This document shows, one piece after another, positions 48,665 through 59,500 of a DNA stretch of 64,000 bases. Source of the DNA: Auanema rhodensis (Eukaryota > Animalia > Nematoda). How positions within the stretch are numbered: position 1 is the first letter of the stretch; each line of letters opens with the position of its first letter. A model generated the notes under the pieces. The model did no database searches and was not told where the DNA came from. It saw only the letters and a program-made list of their open reading frames with translations. The position numbers and the translations under genes were made by a program. Where the stretch lies: NCBI GenBank assembly GCA_964057225.1, contig OZ059896.1:16244001-16308000 (forward strand). Reading direction: 5' to 3'.

Positions 48665-51589
48665 TGTCGCTTGACAACTGGACTTTTACCTCCAAGTATC
48701 AGTCCAAGTATGGAGTCGGTTCGTATGAGTGCTGTGTTATGCGTTAAAACAAGTAAAATGAAGAACGATTTATTCAACGAAATACAACAAAACAGTAAAG
48801 TGAAAATAGCAAGTAGATTGATTTTAGAATTTCCTAGAAAATCCTAAAATCAATTCAAAATTGGTGAGACATGAGTTTTAACCATCTGGTTCTCCCTTTT
48901 ATAGGGAGGCACCAGATGGATCAAGGGAGGAGAATGAAAAAATCAGCGACTGCAGGTTATGTTGCAGTCGTCCATGTGTGCGGGGGCCAAGCATTTCACA
49001 CAGATTCTTAGATGGTTACATCTAAGTGATCTGTGGTGGGCAGTTGTATATACTGGACAGTTGAACGAGCTATGGCCGTCGGCAGGAGTTGTTTCACAGA
49101 ATACGCATGAGTTAGGGTTCTTTAGGTTGGCTAATATAATATTGTTTTCTTTAATGAAACTCAAATCCTTTCTTGAAAGATAAGGACTATATATGTGGGA
49201 ACTGATTTTTGGTTTAGTGAGCATTTCAGTTACAATTAAATTTTTCTCTTTAGTATAGAATATTGTGTTAACTATACTTGAAACATGAGAATGTTTCATT
49301 CCTCCAATACCATGAAATGTTTTTCTTTGTTTGGATTTAACTGGTAGTTTCATCCTTTTTGCTAGATCTTCTCTGATAAAAGATCGTTGAGAACAATCAT
49401 CAAAAATAATGTTAACTTTCTCATAACTATCGCTATTGTAATTGAACAAATTTGCTTTTGCTGTTCGTAAAATTATTTGGCCTTTTTCTACGTCATGATT
49501 ACCAACAATTGTGGTTAAACTTGTGGGTTCTTCATGTGCTTTCTTGGGAACGATTGTTTGATTATTTCTAGTCTTTTCTTCATCATTACCCCTTTGTAAA
49601 GAAATGTTGGTGATGACTCCATTTCTATTCTGATTTCTTTTATTTTGGTAACAAACTGAAATGTTGTGATCATCATGACAGCTGTTGCATTTAAACTTTG
49701 GCCATGTGCAGTTTTTGCTTTGATGATTGTCTGCAAAGCATACATAACATAGCCTTTTTTCTCTTAAAATTTTCCTTTTTTCCGTTGTTTCAACAGGACA
49801 CATATGGCTATTGTGTGAATTGTTCGCGCAAAAAACGCAATTCCTTCTTTGTTTCAAATCTTTAACTTCATTCAATCGAAATTGTTTTTTAGTTTGATCA
49901 CCATCTGGATTTATAATTTTTTCATTGTTACTGAGATACAGTGATTCAGTGTTTTCAGTCATCTGTAGTAGTTTTACTTGCGCCGAAATATGTTCAATGA
50001 TTTTCTCGTGGGACCATTCAAAATTTTGTTTGATGTGAATATCTTTGATTATTTCAAATGGGAATTTATTGAGTACGGTAGCAACATAAAGCTCTTTGGT
50101 TAAAGATCCTCCCGCCGCTTGAATTTGTCGCAGCAGAGCTTTTATCTCTCTTAGCGTTTGAGCACAACTATCAGCTTGTCTTGAAGCTTTTGGCACCTTA
50201 TTCAACTTGTTGATTAGCGTTGCTGTATCAACAGCGTATGAGGAATATTCTTCCTTCAAACAATTTTTCATAAACTCATAGTTTTCTTCGGTACCAGGAA
50301 TTCCCCTAAGAAGATATTCGGCTTCACCTGATAAGGACTCACATAGGAAGTTCACTTTTTCACTTATAGAGAAAGATTCATTGTTATCAATCATTCTCAT
50401 GAATCTATCCCAGAATAAAGGGAATTTTTCCGGAGTACCGTCAAAGGTTGGAGTTTTTAATACGGGTCTTTGCAGTATTTGGTTAATCAGTCTTACTTCA
50501 TTAACATGCTGATCATGTACTACCTGATCGGGTAAACTGTTTTGTTTTTCTTGTACCTCGTTTGTACAATTTTCATATTCTTTTTCTTCTGTATATTCAA
50601 CTCTTTCCCGAAGTTGTTGTAATTCAAGTTGTATTTCCATATCTTTGATTTTTTCTTTGTTTTTATCAATGAGGTTTTTTAAGAATATCAACTTGTCATT
50701 TAATTCCAGAATTATTAACGTGGCATTGCCACGGATGTCTCCTTTTTCACCTTCTTCGATTTTTGTAAATTTTTTGTTTAATTCTTTTTGGAGCTCTTCT
50801 TCTAAAAGCTCACAAACTCTTTGAAAATTTATTTCAATGGTTTCAATTGATTGGAGTTTATTCTCCAAAATATTCAAGTAATTTTTAACTCTTGCACATT
50901 CATTCTCTTGCGCAATAATTTGATTTACCGGCTCAGACAATTCTGAGTAATCGGTCATTTTCTTATAGTTTTCAACTTTAGAATTCAGTTTATTCAAAAA
51001 TTCTTATTCTCTCCCCATTTGGAGAATATATCTTTGAGCGGAGGACATTATTTAAGCCTTCCTCAATGGATATTTCAGATTCAGCGATATTTTTATCGTC
51101 TTATTGTTTCTTGACAAGTGATTTCTTGTCAACTCGGATTTTCTACGAGTTCTTCGGAATTTATTTCTCCGGCAGTTCTATATAACCTTTGTTTTAAACT
51201 TTCCTTGTCAGTAATCAACTGAAGTATCCTGCCGTGGTCGCCAAATGTCGCTTGACAACTGGACTTTTACCTCCAAGTATCAGTCCAAGTATGGAGTCGG
51301 TTCGTATGAGTGCTGTGTTATGCGTTAAAACAAGTAAAATGAAGAACGATTTATTCAACGAAATACAACAAAACAGTAAAGTGAAAATAGCAAGTAGATT
51401 GATTTTAGAATTTCCTAGAAAATCCTAAAATCAATTCAAAATTGGTGAGACATGAGTTTTAACCATCTGGTTCTCCCTTTTATAGGGAGGCACCAGATGG
51501 ATCAAGGGAGGAGAATGTTTTTGCAAAACAAAGTAAGAATGAGTGAAATCAGTATGAAACTTACATATTCTTTCACGTCGACCGTGACA
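48665..51589 (-). mobile_element. Internally deleted BEL/Pao element inserted in 5S
   Basis: 5' LTR 51246-51589; PBS TGGCGACCACGGCAGGAT (tRNA-Arg type) 51226-51243; gag-PR ORF 48943-50997 fused to the 3' zinc-finger ORF; truncated 3' LTR 48665-48936; GGGCC TSD. Confidence 0.92.
48943..50997 (-). CDS. BEL Gag (three Cys knuckles) plus partial protease, fused to a zinc-finger fragment
   Basis: PTFDGTPEKF; CVFC..H....C; CYVC; CNSC; IIFDDCSQRSFI. Confidence 0.85.
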   Translation of the reverse strand: MNKLNSKVENYKKMTDYSELSEPVNQIIAQENECARVKNYLNILENKLQSIETIEINFQRVCELLEEELQKELNKKFTKIEEGEKGDIRGNATLIILELNDKLIFLKNLIDKNKEKIKDMEIQLELQQLRERVEYTEEKEYENCTNEVQEKQNSLPDQVVHDQHVNEVRLINQILQRPVLKTPTFDGTPEKFPLFWDRFMRMIDNNESFSISEKVNFLCESLSGEAEYLLRGIPGTEENYEFMKNCLKEEYSSYAVDTATLINKLNKVPKASRQADSCAQTLREIKALLRQIQAAGGSLTKELYVATVLNKFPFEIIKDIHIKQNFEWSHEKIIEHISAQVKLLQMTENTESLYLSNNEKIINPDGDQTKKQFRLNEVKDLKQRRNCVFCANNSHNSHMCPVETTEKRKILREKRLCYVCFADNHQSKNCTWPKFKCNSCHDDHNISVCYQNKRNQNRNGVITNISLQRGNDEEKTRNNQTIVPKKAHEEPTSLTTIVGNHDVEKGQIILRTAKANLFNYNSDSYEKVNIIFDDCSQRSFIREDLAKRMKLPVKSKQRKTFHGIGGMKHSHVSSIVNTIFYTKEKNLIVTEMLTKPKISSHIYSPYLSRKDLSFIKENNIILANLKNPNSCVFCETTPADGHSSFNCPVYTTAHHRSLRCNHLRICVKCLAPAHMDDCNITCSR

Positions 51590-51746
51590 GGGCCCGGTTA
51601 GTACTTGGATCGGAGACGGCTTGGGAATCCCGGGTGCCGTAAGCTTTTTCTTTTTCTCACTTTCTCATCTAGTTTGTAATCAGTAGTTACCTATATGGTA
51701 TACGGTTATCTGGAAATGTTTTCATTTTCCGAGACAATTCTTAGAC

Positions 51747-51887
51747 AGCTTTGCGCAGTGACGATAACGTGACCAATGAGGCTTTGCCGAGGTGCGTTTA
51801 TTGCTGGTTGAAAACTTTTCCCAATTACCCGCGATATTCCCTGAAACATGGGTGATATACGCAATTTTTGAATGCCTGATAAGGCTG
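51747..51887 (+). ncRNA. U4: U4 snRNA
   Basis: One substitution relative to consensus. Confidence 0.92.
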
Positions 51888-51997
51888 ATTTGCATATTAT
51901 GGAAAAATGTTCCACGTGAAAAGACGTCAATTTTCAAAATCAAACTAGAACGAACGGTTGCACTGCATACATATTCTGAAAAGAAAGGTAGGCATTC

Positions 51998-52116
51998 GCT
52001 TACGACCATACCACGTTGAAAATACGCCATCCCGTCCGATCTGGCAAGTCAAGCAACGTTGGGCCCGGTTAGTACTTGGATCGGAGACGGCTTGGGAATC
52101 CCGGGTGCCGTAAGCT
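51998..52116 (+). rRNA. 5S rRNA
   Basis: Full-length copy. Confidence 0.95.
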
Positions 52117-52217
52117 TTTTCTTTTTCTCACTTTCTCATCTAGTTTGTAATCAGTAGCTACCTATAGGGTATACGGTTATCTGGAAATGTTTTCATTTTC
52201 CGAGACAATTCTTAGAC

Positions 52218-52358
52218 AGCTTTGCGCAGTGGCGATAACGTGACCAATGAGGCTTTGCCGAGGTGCGTTTATTGCTGGTTGAAAACTTTTCCCAATTACC
52301 CGCGATATTCCCTGAAACATGGGTGATATACGCAATTTTTGAATGCCTGATAAGGCTG
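52218..52358 (+). ncRNA. U4: U4 snRNA
   Basis: Consensus copy. Confidence 0.95.
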
Positions 52359-52468
52359 ATTTGCATATTATGGAAGAATGTTCCACGTGAAAAGACGTCA
52401 ATTTTCAAAATCAAACTAAAACGAACGGTTGCACTGCATACATATTCTGAAAAGAAAGGTAAGCATTC

Positions 52469-52587
52469 GCTTACGACCATACCACGTTGAAAGTACGCCA
52501 TCCCGTCCGATCTGGCAAGTCAAGCAACGTTGAGCCCGGTTAGTACTTGGATCGGAGACGGCTTGGGAATCCCGGGTGCCGTAAGCT
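52469..52587 (+). rRNA. 5S rRNA
   Basis: Full length (gagcc variant). Confidence 0.92.
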
Positions 52588-52688
52588 TTTTCTTTTTCTC
52601 ACTTTCTCATCTAGTTTGTAATCAGTAGCTACCTATAGGGTATACGGTTATCTGGAAATGTTTTCATTTTCCGAGACAATTCTTAGAC

Positions 52689-52829
52689 AGCTTTGCGCAG
52701 TGGCGATAACGTGACCAATGAGGCTTTGCCGAGGTGCGTTTATTGCTGGTTGAAAACTTTTCCCAATTACCCGCGATATTCCCTGAAACATGGGTGATAT
52801 ACGCAATTTTTGAATGCCTGATAAGGCTG
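52689..52829 (+). ncRNA. U4: U4 snRNA
   Basis: Consensus copy. Confidence 0.95.
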
Positions 52830-52984
52830 ATTTGCATATTATGGAAAAATGTTTCACGTGAAAAGACGTCAATTTTCAATATCAAACTAGAACGAACGGT
52901 TGCACTGCATACATATTCTTGTCGCGATAAGCGAGTGAGTTTGTATAAATTTTATCTTCAACAATTGTTTTATTTGTTTCTCCT

Positions 52985-53052
<68 letters not shown>

Positions 53053-53579
53053 TTCTTCTTTCTTCTAACTTCCTAAGTAATTTTTATCCATACCACATGT
53101 TGTGTTATACATGTGGCATGACTAATTCTTTGTTTCAGGCTGACGACCGCCCACGAGAAGAGATCAGTCTTACATTTTTCAACGTTCGCAGTCAGTGATT
53201 TTATTCCGTGCTTGTCTTGTTAATTCATCAATAAACCCTTTTCTACATATTCGCTTTGTGTTTTACTTCCAACCATACTATACACTTGTGGTATAACGCC
53301 ACAAATTGGTGCATCGGCTAGTTCAGATCTTAGCCGCTTCAAGTCCCGCGTGGCAGGTGAGATACAGCTCAAATCAAGCGTGTTTGAGCAAAAACATACT
53401 TAATAGAAATCGTGGCAACCATTAGTCCACGTCAAGTCACACCAAAAAGACTTGAACCATAAGCAAACTCTGCAGACAGAAACAGAGATTCACTATCACA
53501 TATACTGTGATCACCAAACAAAAAAAAAAAAAGAGAAAGTAAAAGGAATATAAGCGTTATTCCTACATCTACGACAAAA

Positions 53580-56500
53580 ATGTCACTCCTTTTTGTCAAT
53601 CATATCAAACAGTCTAACCAGTTTCTCGGAGAATTACTTACACGATACGAGATGGAAGTGAAGGACCTTCCTGGTATTCTGGTAGATTGCGACTTCCACA
53701 CTGAGGAAGAAGAGGAAACCCTCTCTTGCCTTATCATTCGCTGGACAAAAGTCCAACACCAATTCAAAGAATCGTTGAAAAATCATCAAGATAACGAGAA
53801 AAAATTCCAAAAATTTTACGAAGCATCAGACAAAACGCTTCGTAAAGCATTAGACGAACAGTACATCGCCTTCACATCCGATGAAGACTTTGAACCCAAC
53901 ATTAAAAAGGTTCAAAACGCCATTATTGAGCTTGACGAACACATCATGAAAGCCGAACGCATACTTAGAAAGCTGAGAAAAACGCTTCATAAGAATGAAT
54001 CTGAGCACAACAGCAATCGCTCAACAGAAAACAATGAAACAGAAAACAAATCGAATGATCAATTTCTGGAAATTATCAAGTCATTCCTACACATCCAACA
54101 AACTAGTATCCAAAAACCAGCGATGTCGCTACCTACATTTGATGGCAAACCAGAGAACTTCAAATCATTCTGGGGCCGTTTTGATAGACTTGTTCATGAT
54201 AATGAACAGTTTACAACCTTAGAAAAGGTAAACCTACTCTGTGAAAGCCTCAAAGGCGATTCACAAATAGCAATCAGAGGAATAGAACCCTCTGCTCAAA
54301 ATTATGAGCTTATGCGTGAAGCATTAGTTTCTGAATTTGGAGACTATTCGTCGGATATCAACTCTCTTTTGACACAACTACGTAATTTGAAATTTGCAAG
54401 CAATAATGCAAAAGCATGCAAAGAAACATTTGGAGAAACCAAGGCACTTATCAGGCAAATTGAAGCAGCCGGAGCTACAGTATCCCGCGAAATGTGTACC
54501 GCGATGATTCTCAACAAATTCCCATACCACATCGTGGAAGACATTCTAATTCATCCAAACAACTACCATTCTACTAAAGAAATGCTGACAGCTGTAGACC
54601 ACAAAATCTATTCCTTTTTTCTAAAAGAACAAACAAGAAATAGTCATGAACAAAAGTTTCGAAATCACAAAGACAATGTCACATCTGTTTCACATAAAGA
54701 CAGCACTGCAGAACAACGGAAAACCCAAACTTGGCCATGTGTCTTTTGCGACTCATCCGAGCATCGTTTTTATCAATGCACCACATTTGAAACACCAGAG
54801 AAAAGAAGGTACCGCATTCGCGGAAAGGCCATCTGTTGGATTTGCTTTTCCGATAAACACAAAAGTTCGGAATGCAGAAAACAAAAATGTCGCAATTGCC
54901 AAGGAGATCATAATTCCGCCTTGTGCTCACAAGGAAGAAAAAGTGTACAAAATATCCAAAAAGATAAAGAAACTCCCACATTTAAAAAAGATCAGGCTTT
55001 ACTGATCACCACAGAAGAATTATTGAATAAAAAAACAACAAAATATAAACAAGAATCTGACACTAATAATCGAATCCCTACTGAGGCACTTAATGCACCA
55101 GTATCGCTTAATCACATTGCTGACACACATAATATTGAAGAAAGTCAAGTAATATTACGAACAGCAATGGCGAACATATACAACCACAATAGTAAAAAAT
55201 ATGAGCAAGTACGCATGCTCATAGATGAAGGATCCATGAGATCTTTTATATCCAAGGACCTATCTACAAGATTAGGACTGCCCATTCTTGGTTCTCAGAA
55301 GAGAACCTTTTACGGCATTGGAGCATTATCAGAAACACATGAAGTTGAAGATGTTAAGGTAATTATTGGAACCTCAACTGGATCCCTTATCGTAACAAAA
55401 CTGTTCACAAAACCCATGTTAACCACACCTATACGGTGTCCTAAACTATCTAATGAAGACTTAAAATTCATACAAAGAAGAAAAATTAAATTAGCCAATC
55501 CAAAAACAAACGGAGAATCATTTACTCCGGATATACTGATAGGTATGGATAGATACAAACTATTCATGCACTTAAACGAAGAAACCGAACTCCCCTCACG
55601 TATGAGATTGAAAAACTCGGTATTCGGCCACATGATACATGGGGAAGCTCCTCTTCCCGATGATAATACACAACAAGAAGTAATATTATGCTCTACATTA
55701 GAAGAGATAACAAAAGAAACCTCTCATAAAGAACTCCTCACTAATCTGTTTGAACTGGATTCTATCGGCATCAATACAGAAAATGCCAACGCAGACCGCA
55801 CTATTGATTACTATGAAGAATACTCAAAAGATATAAAAATTGAGAACAACCGTATTATTGCACCGTTCCCGTTAAAAAATAACTTCAAAAATCTCAAAAA
55901 CAACAAAATGCCCGCGTACCATAGATTCGTATCCCTATGGCGAAAGTTACTGCACAATCCAGAAATGCTCTCACACTATACTACAACCATTGAAAGTTAC
56001 CTCAAAGATAACATTGTCGAACAAATTCCCAACAATCACCAGGAGCCTTTAGAGTTTTATATGCCCCACCATGGGGTTTGGAAGCCCAGCAAGGCTAACC
56101 CTCTCAGAATCGTTTTTGACGCCTCCGCTAAACAGAAGGATAGCCCATCGTTGAATGAGATAATACACACAGGACGATCATTTATCACATATATACACGA
56201 CATCATGATCTCCTGCAGAACAAGACCAATAATAATAACATGCGATATTAAAGCCGCATTTCTACAAGTACAATTGACAGAAAATCACAAGAATTTATGC
56301 AAATTCTTTTGGATAAAAAACAAAGAATACCCAATATCACACAATAATATCATAACCCTTCGATTCAACAGATTACCATTCGGTATCACTGCATCCCCCA
56401 GCGTATTGAACATGGGCATAAAATGGTTCTTAGAATCAAAAGTAGACAACCCATTAGCTATGGAAATCCTGCACAACTTATACGTCGACAATATCATTCT

Positions 56501-59500
56501 TACAGCAAATACAACCGAAGAAGCTATAAAGAAATGTAAAGAAACCCAAACACTATTCTCAGAAATAAACATGCATGTTCGCGAATTCTTGTCAAACGAT
56601 GAACAAGTAATACAGAACCTTCCTGAAGAAGACAGATATCCGAACATGACAACCAAAATACTTGGCATATCTTTTAATAAAGAACACGACTCCTTCATTA
56701 TCCCAATAAAAATAACAACGACTCACACAAGTTACACCAAGAGAATTCTACTCAGTCAGTTACATTCAATATTTGATCCCATTGGATTATCAGCACCAAT
56801 ACTGTTACCCCTCAAACTTATCTTGCGAGAAATCATTAGCACAAAATTATCATGGGACCAACCCATTGACTCAAACAGTATCAAGCAATGGGAACAACAT
56901 ATTACTCAGATTAACAATAAGCAATTAACCATGAACAGATATTTTAAGTTTTCTGAACATGAAACACAGTTATGGGTCTTCGCTGACGCAAGCAACCAAG
57001 CAATGGCCGCTTGTTCATATTTCCAAACAAATGGGAAGATTAGTTCTCTGCTAAACGGGAAATCACGCATAGCACCCAAAAATAAAACTACAATTCCACG
57101 ATTAGAGTTACTAGCCATTCGTTTAGCTGTACGAATGGCATTATCTATCGTCACCATATGTCCGAAAATAGCGAAAGTTAACATTGTGAGCGATAGCAAC
57201 ATCGCACTATCATGGATTGTCTCACAAAAATCTCTCCCACTGTTCATTAATAATCAAACAAATACTATAAAGAAACAGCTCAAGCAAATCGAACAAATAT
57301 GTTGCAATATAGAACTATATCACGTACAAACCTCGTTCAACACAGCAGACATCGGATCTCGAGGTGCAGACATGGAAAAACTACAAGTTTCCGACTGGAT
57401 TGAAGGCCCACATTGGTTAACTAAACTTTCCGTGCATAACCCTCTGACATCACTCGGCTCACCTAACAACTCGAGCAGGAATAACGCAGAATTAAAATCG
57501 GAGCATCACAATGTTGTCCACATAATCATAGACAATCCTCCAACCCATGATATTTGGAACATTCGTGAAAACTATGATGACGTGATCAAAACAATGACAA
57601 CCGTAGGGAAATTATTCAAGAAATGGTTTTTCACAGTCCATCCTAACGACGCCAACAAGTTGCAAAAAATAAAACATCTCACATCAACAGACACGCACAC
57701 TGTTGAAGACATCAACATTATTGAAAAAATTTTGATCAGTAACAGTCAATCTAATATGAGCCTTGATGACTTACAGCAAAGACATATAAATCTAAAATTC
57801 TTCAAAGATACATGGGATATTTATCGCGTAAGAAGCCGTTTACAAAATACTCTTCTTCCCGAAGAGACAAAAAACCCTATATTCCTTCTCAAAACAAACC
57901 CCATAGTTAAAAAACTGATCAACAAAATACACAAAGATAATAATCATCAAGGCAAAAATTTCACGCTTATTCAACTCAGACAAAAGTTCTATATACCAAA
58001 AATAACCGGAGTCATTAAGCAAACATTGAAAAACTGTGTGACATGTAAAAGATTTCAATCACACCCTTATGAATTACCAGATATGCCATCGCTACCAAAA
58101 GATAGAACGATTCTTACAAGAGCATTCTTTTCAACAGGGTGTGATCTTATGGGCCCCTTCACCCTTCGAAATGGGTCTAAAGTCCATATCTGTCTGTTTA
58201 CATGCATGACAACTAGAGCAATTCACTTAGAGGTAGTCACCAATCAATCCACAGTTGCTTTTATGAATGCATTCACTAGATTTATATCACGCAGAGGTAC
58301 TCCAGAAATTATACGTAGTGACTGCGCAGGAAACTTTATATTGAGCTCAAAAATATTAGAAACCCTTGAAAAAACATCGGATTACAACGAAAGAAGCTTA
58401 CTAAACACACTAGCACAACAAAAAATTAAATGGATATACAACACTCCATTATCACCCTGGAAAGGTGGATGTTGGGAACGTTTAGTAGGTGTAACCAAAG
58501 CTTCACTCAAAAAATGTTTCATTCCTAGTCGAATGTCCCTGGATGACTTACACACAGCCATTGTAAAAATAGAAGCTATAATTAATACACGCCCACTCAC
58601 CCATCCACACCCAGATAATTTAGATACTCTACCCATAAGGCCAATTGACTTTTTAACATCAGCCATAAAGTTTTCATTACCTGAAAACAACGCGGATACT
58701 CATATATTTGATATCCATAGCGATATTCAAACGATTCAATCAACAGAGCAAGCGCTAGAAGCGCTTCAATTATCAGAAGACTCAGCATCTAAATTTTGGA
58801 AACGATTTCAAGAAGAATATCTAACAAGCTTAAAAGATATATTTAAGCATAAACACCATAGAAAGAATCACACAAACATCTTCCCCCAACCAGATGAAAT
58901 AGTATTGATACAAAACGACATGTTGCCACGAGGAACATGGAAACTAGGTCGCATCATTGAAACAATCACTAGTTCAGATGGCAACATACGTTCAGCAAAA
59001 GTTGCAACAAGCAACGGAAACATAATTATTCGATCCATCAATCAGCTCTATCCACTAGAGATAAGATGCAACACTAACAGCAACAAAATCATAGAAGACA
59101 ACTCACACATAGTTCAAGAAAATAATAGCTCAACAGATAGAACCCCACATACTGATATTGTATTAGACAATATACTTTTCGATCATCCTATAGAACATAC
59201 AGATCAAACAATACATGAGAATAAAGACATAAATGATGTTAGCCATAATTACGATATTGCATATGACTCAGATAACTCTCAACATGATAATACATACACT
59301 CCAGAAACAGAGAATAATGAGGATGCAACAAATGATCGACCTCAAAATAAGACAAAACAATCATCAGTAAAAACAGCAAAACATACAGAACAAGATGATG
59401 TCACTGAGAAGGAAATTATAAAAGCCTTCCCACTAAAAATGTCCTATGCTACACACCAAAGAAAAAATAAAATAAACCCAAAAGTAGCAGCTGACATAAT

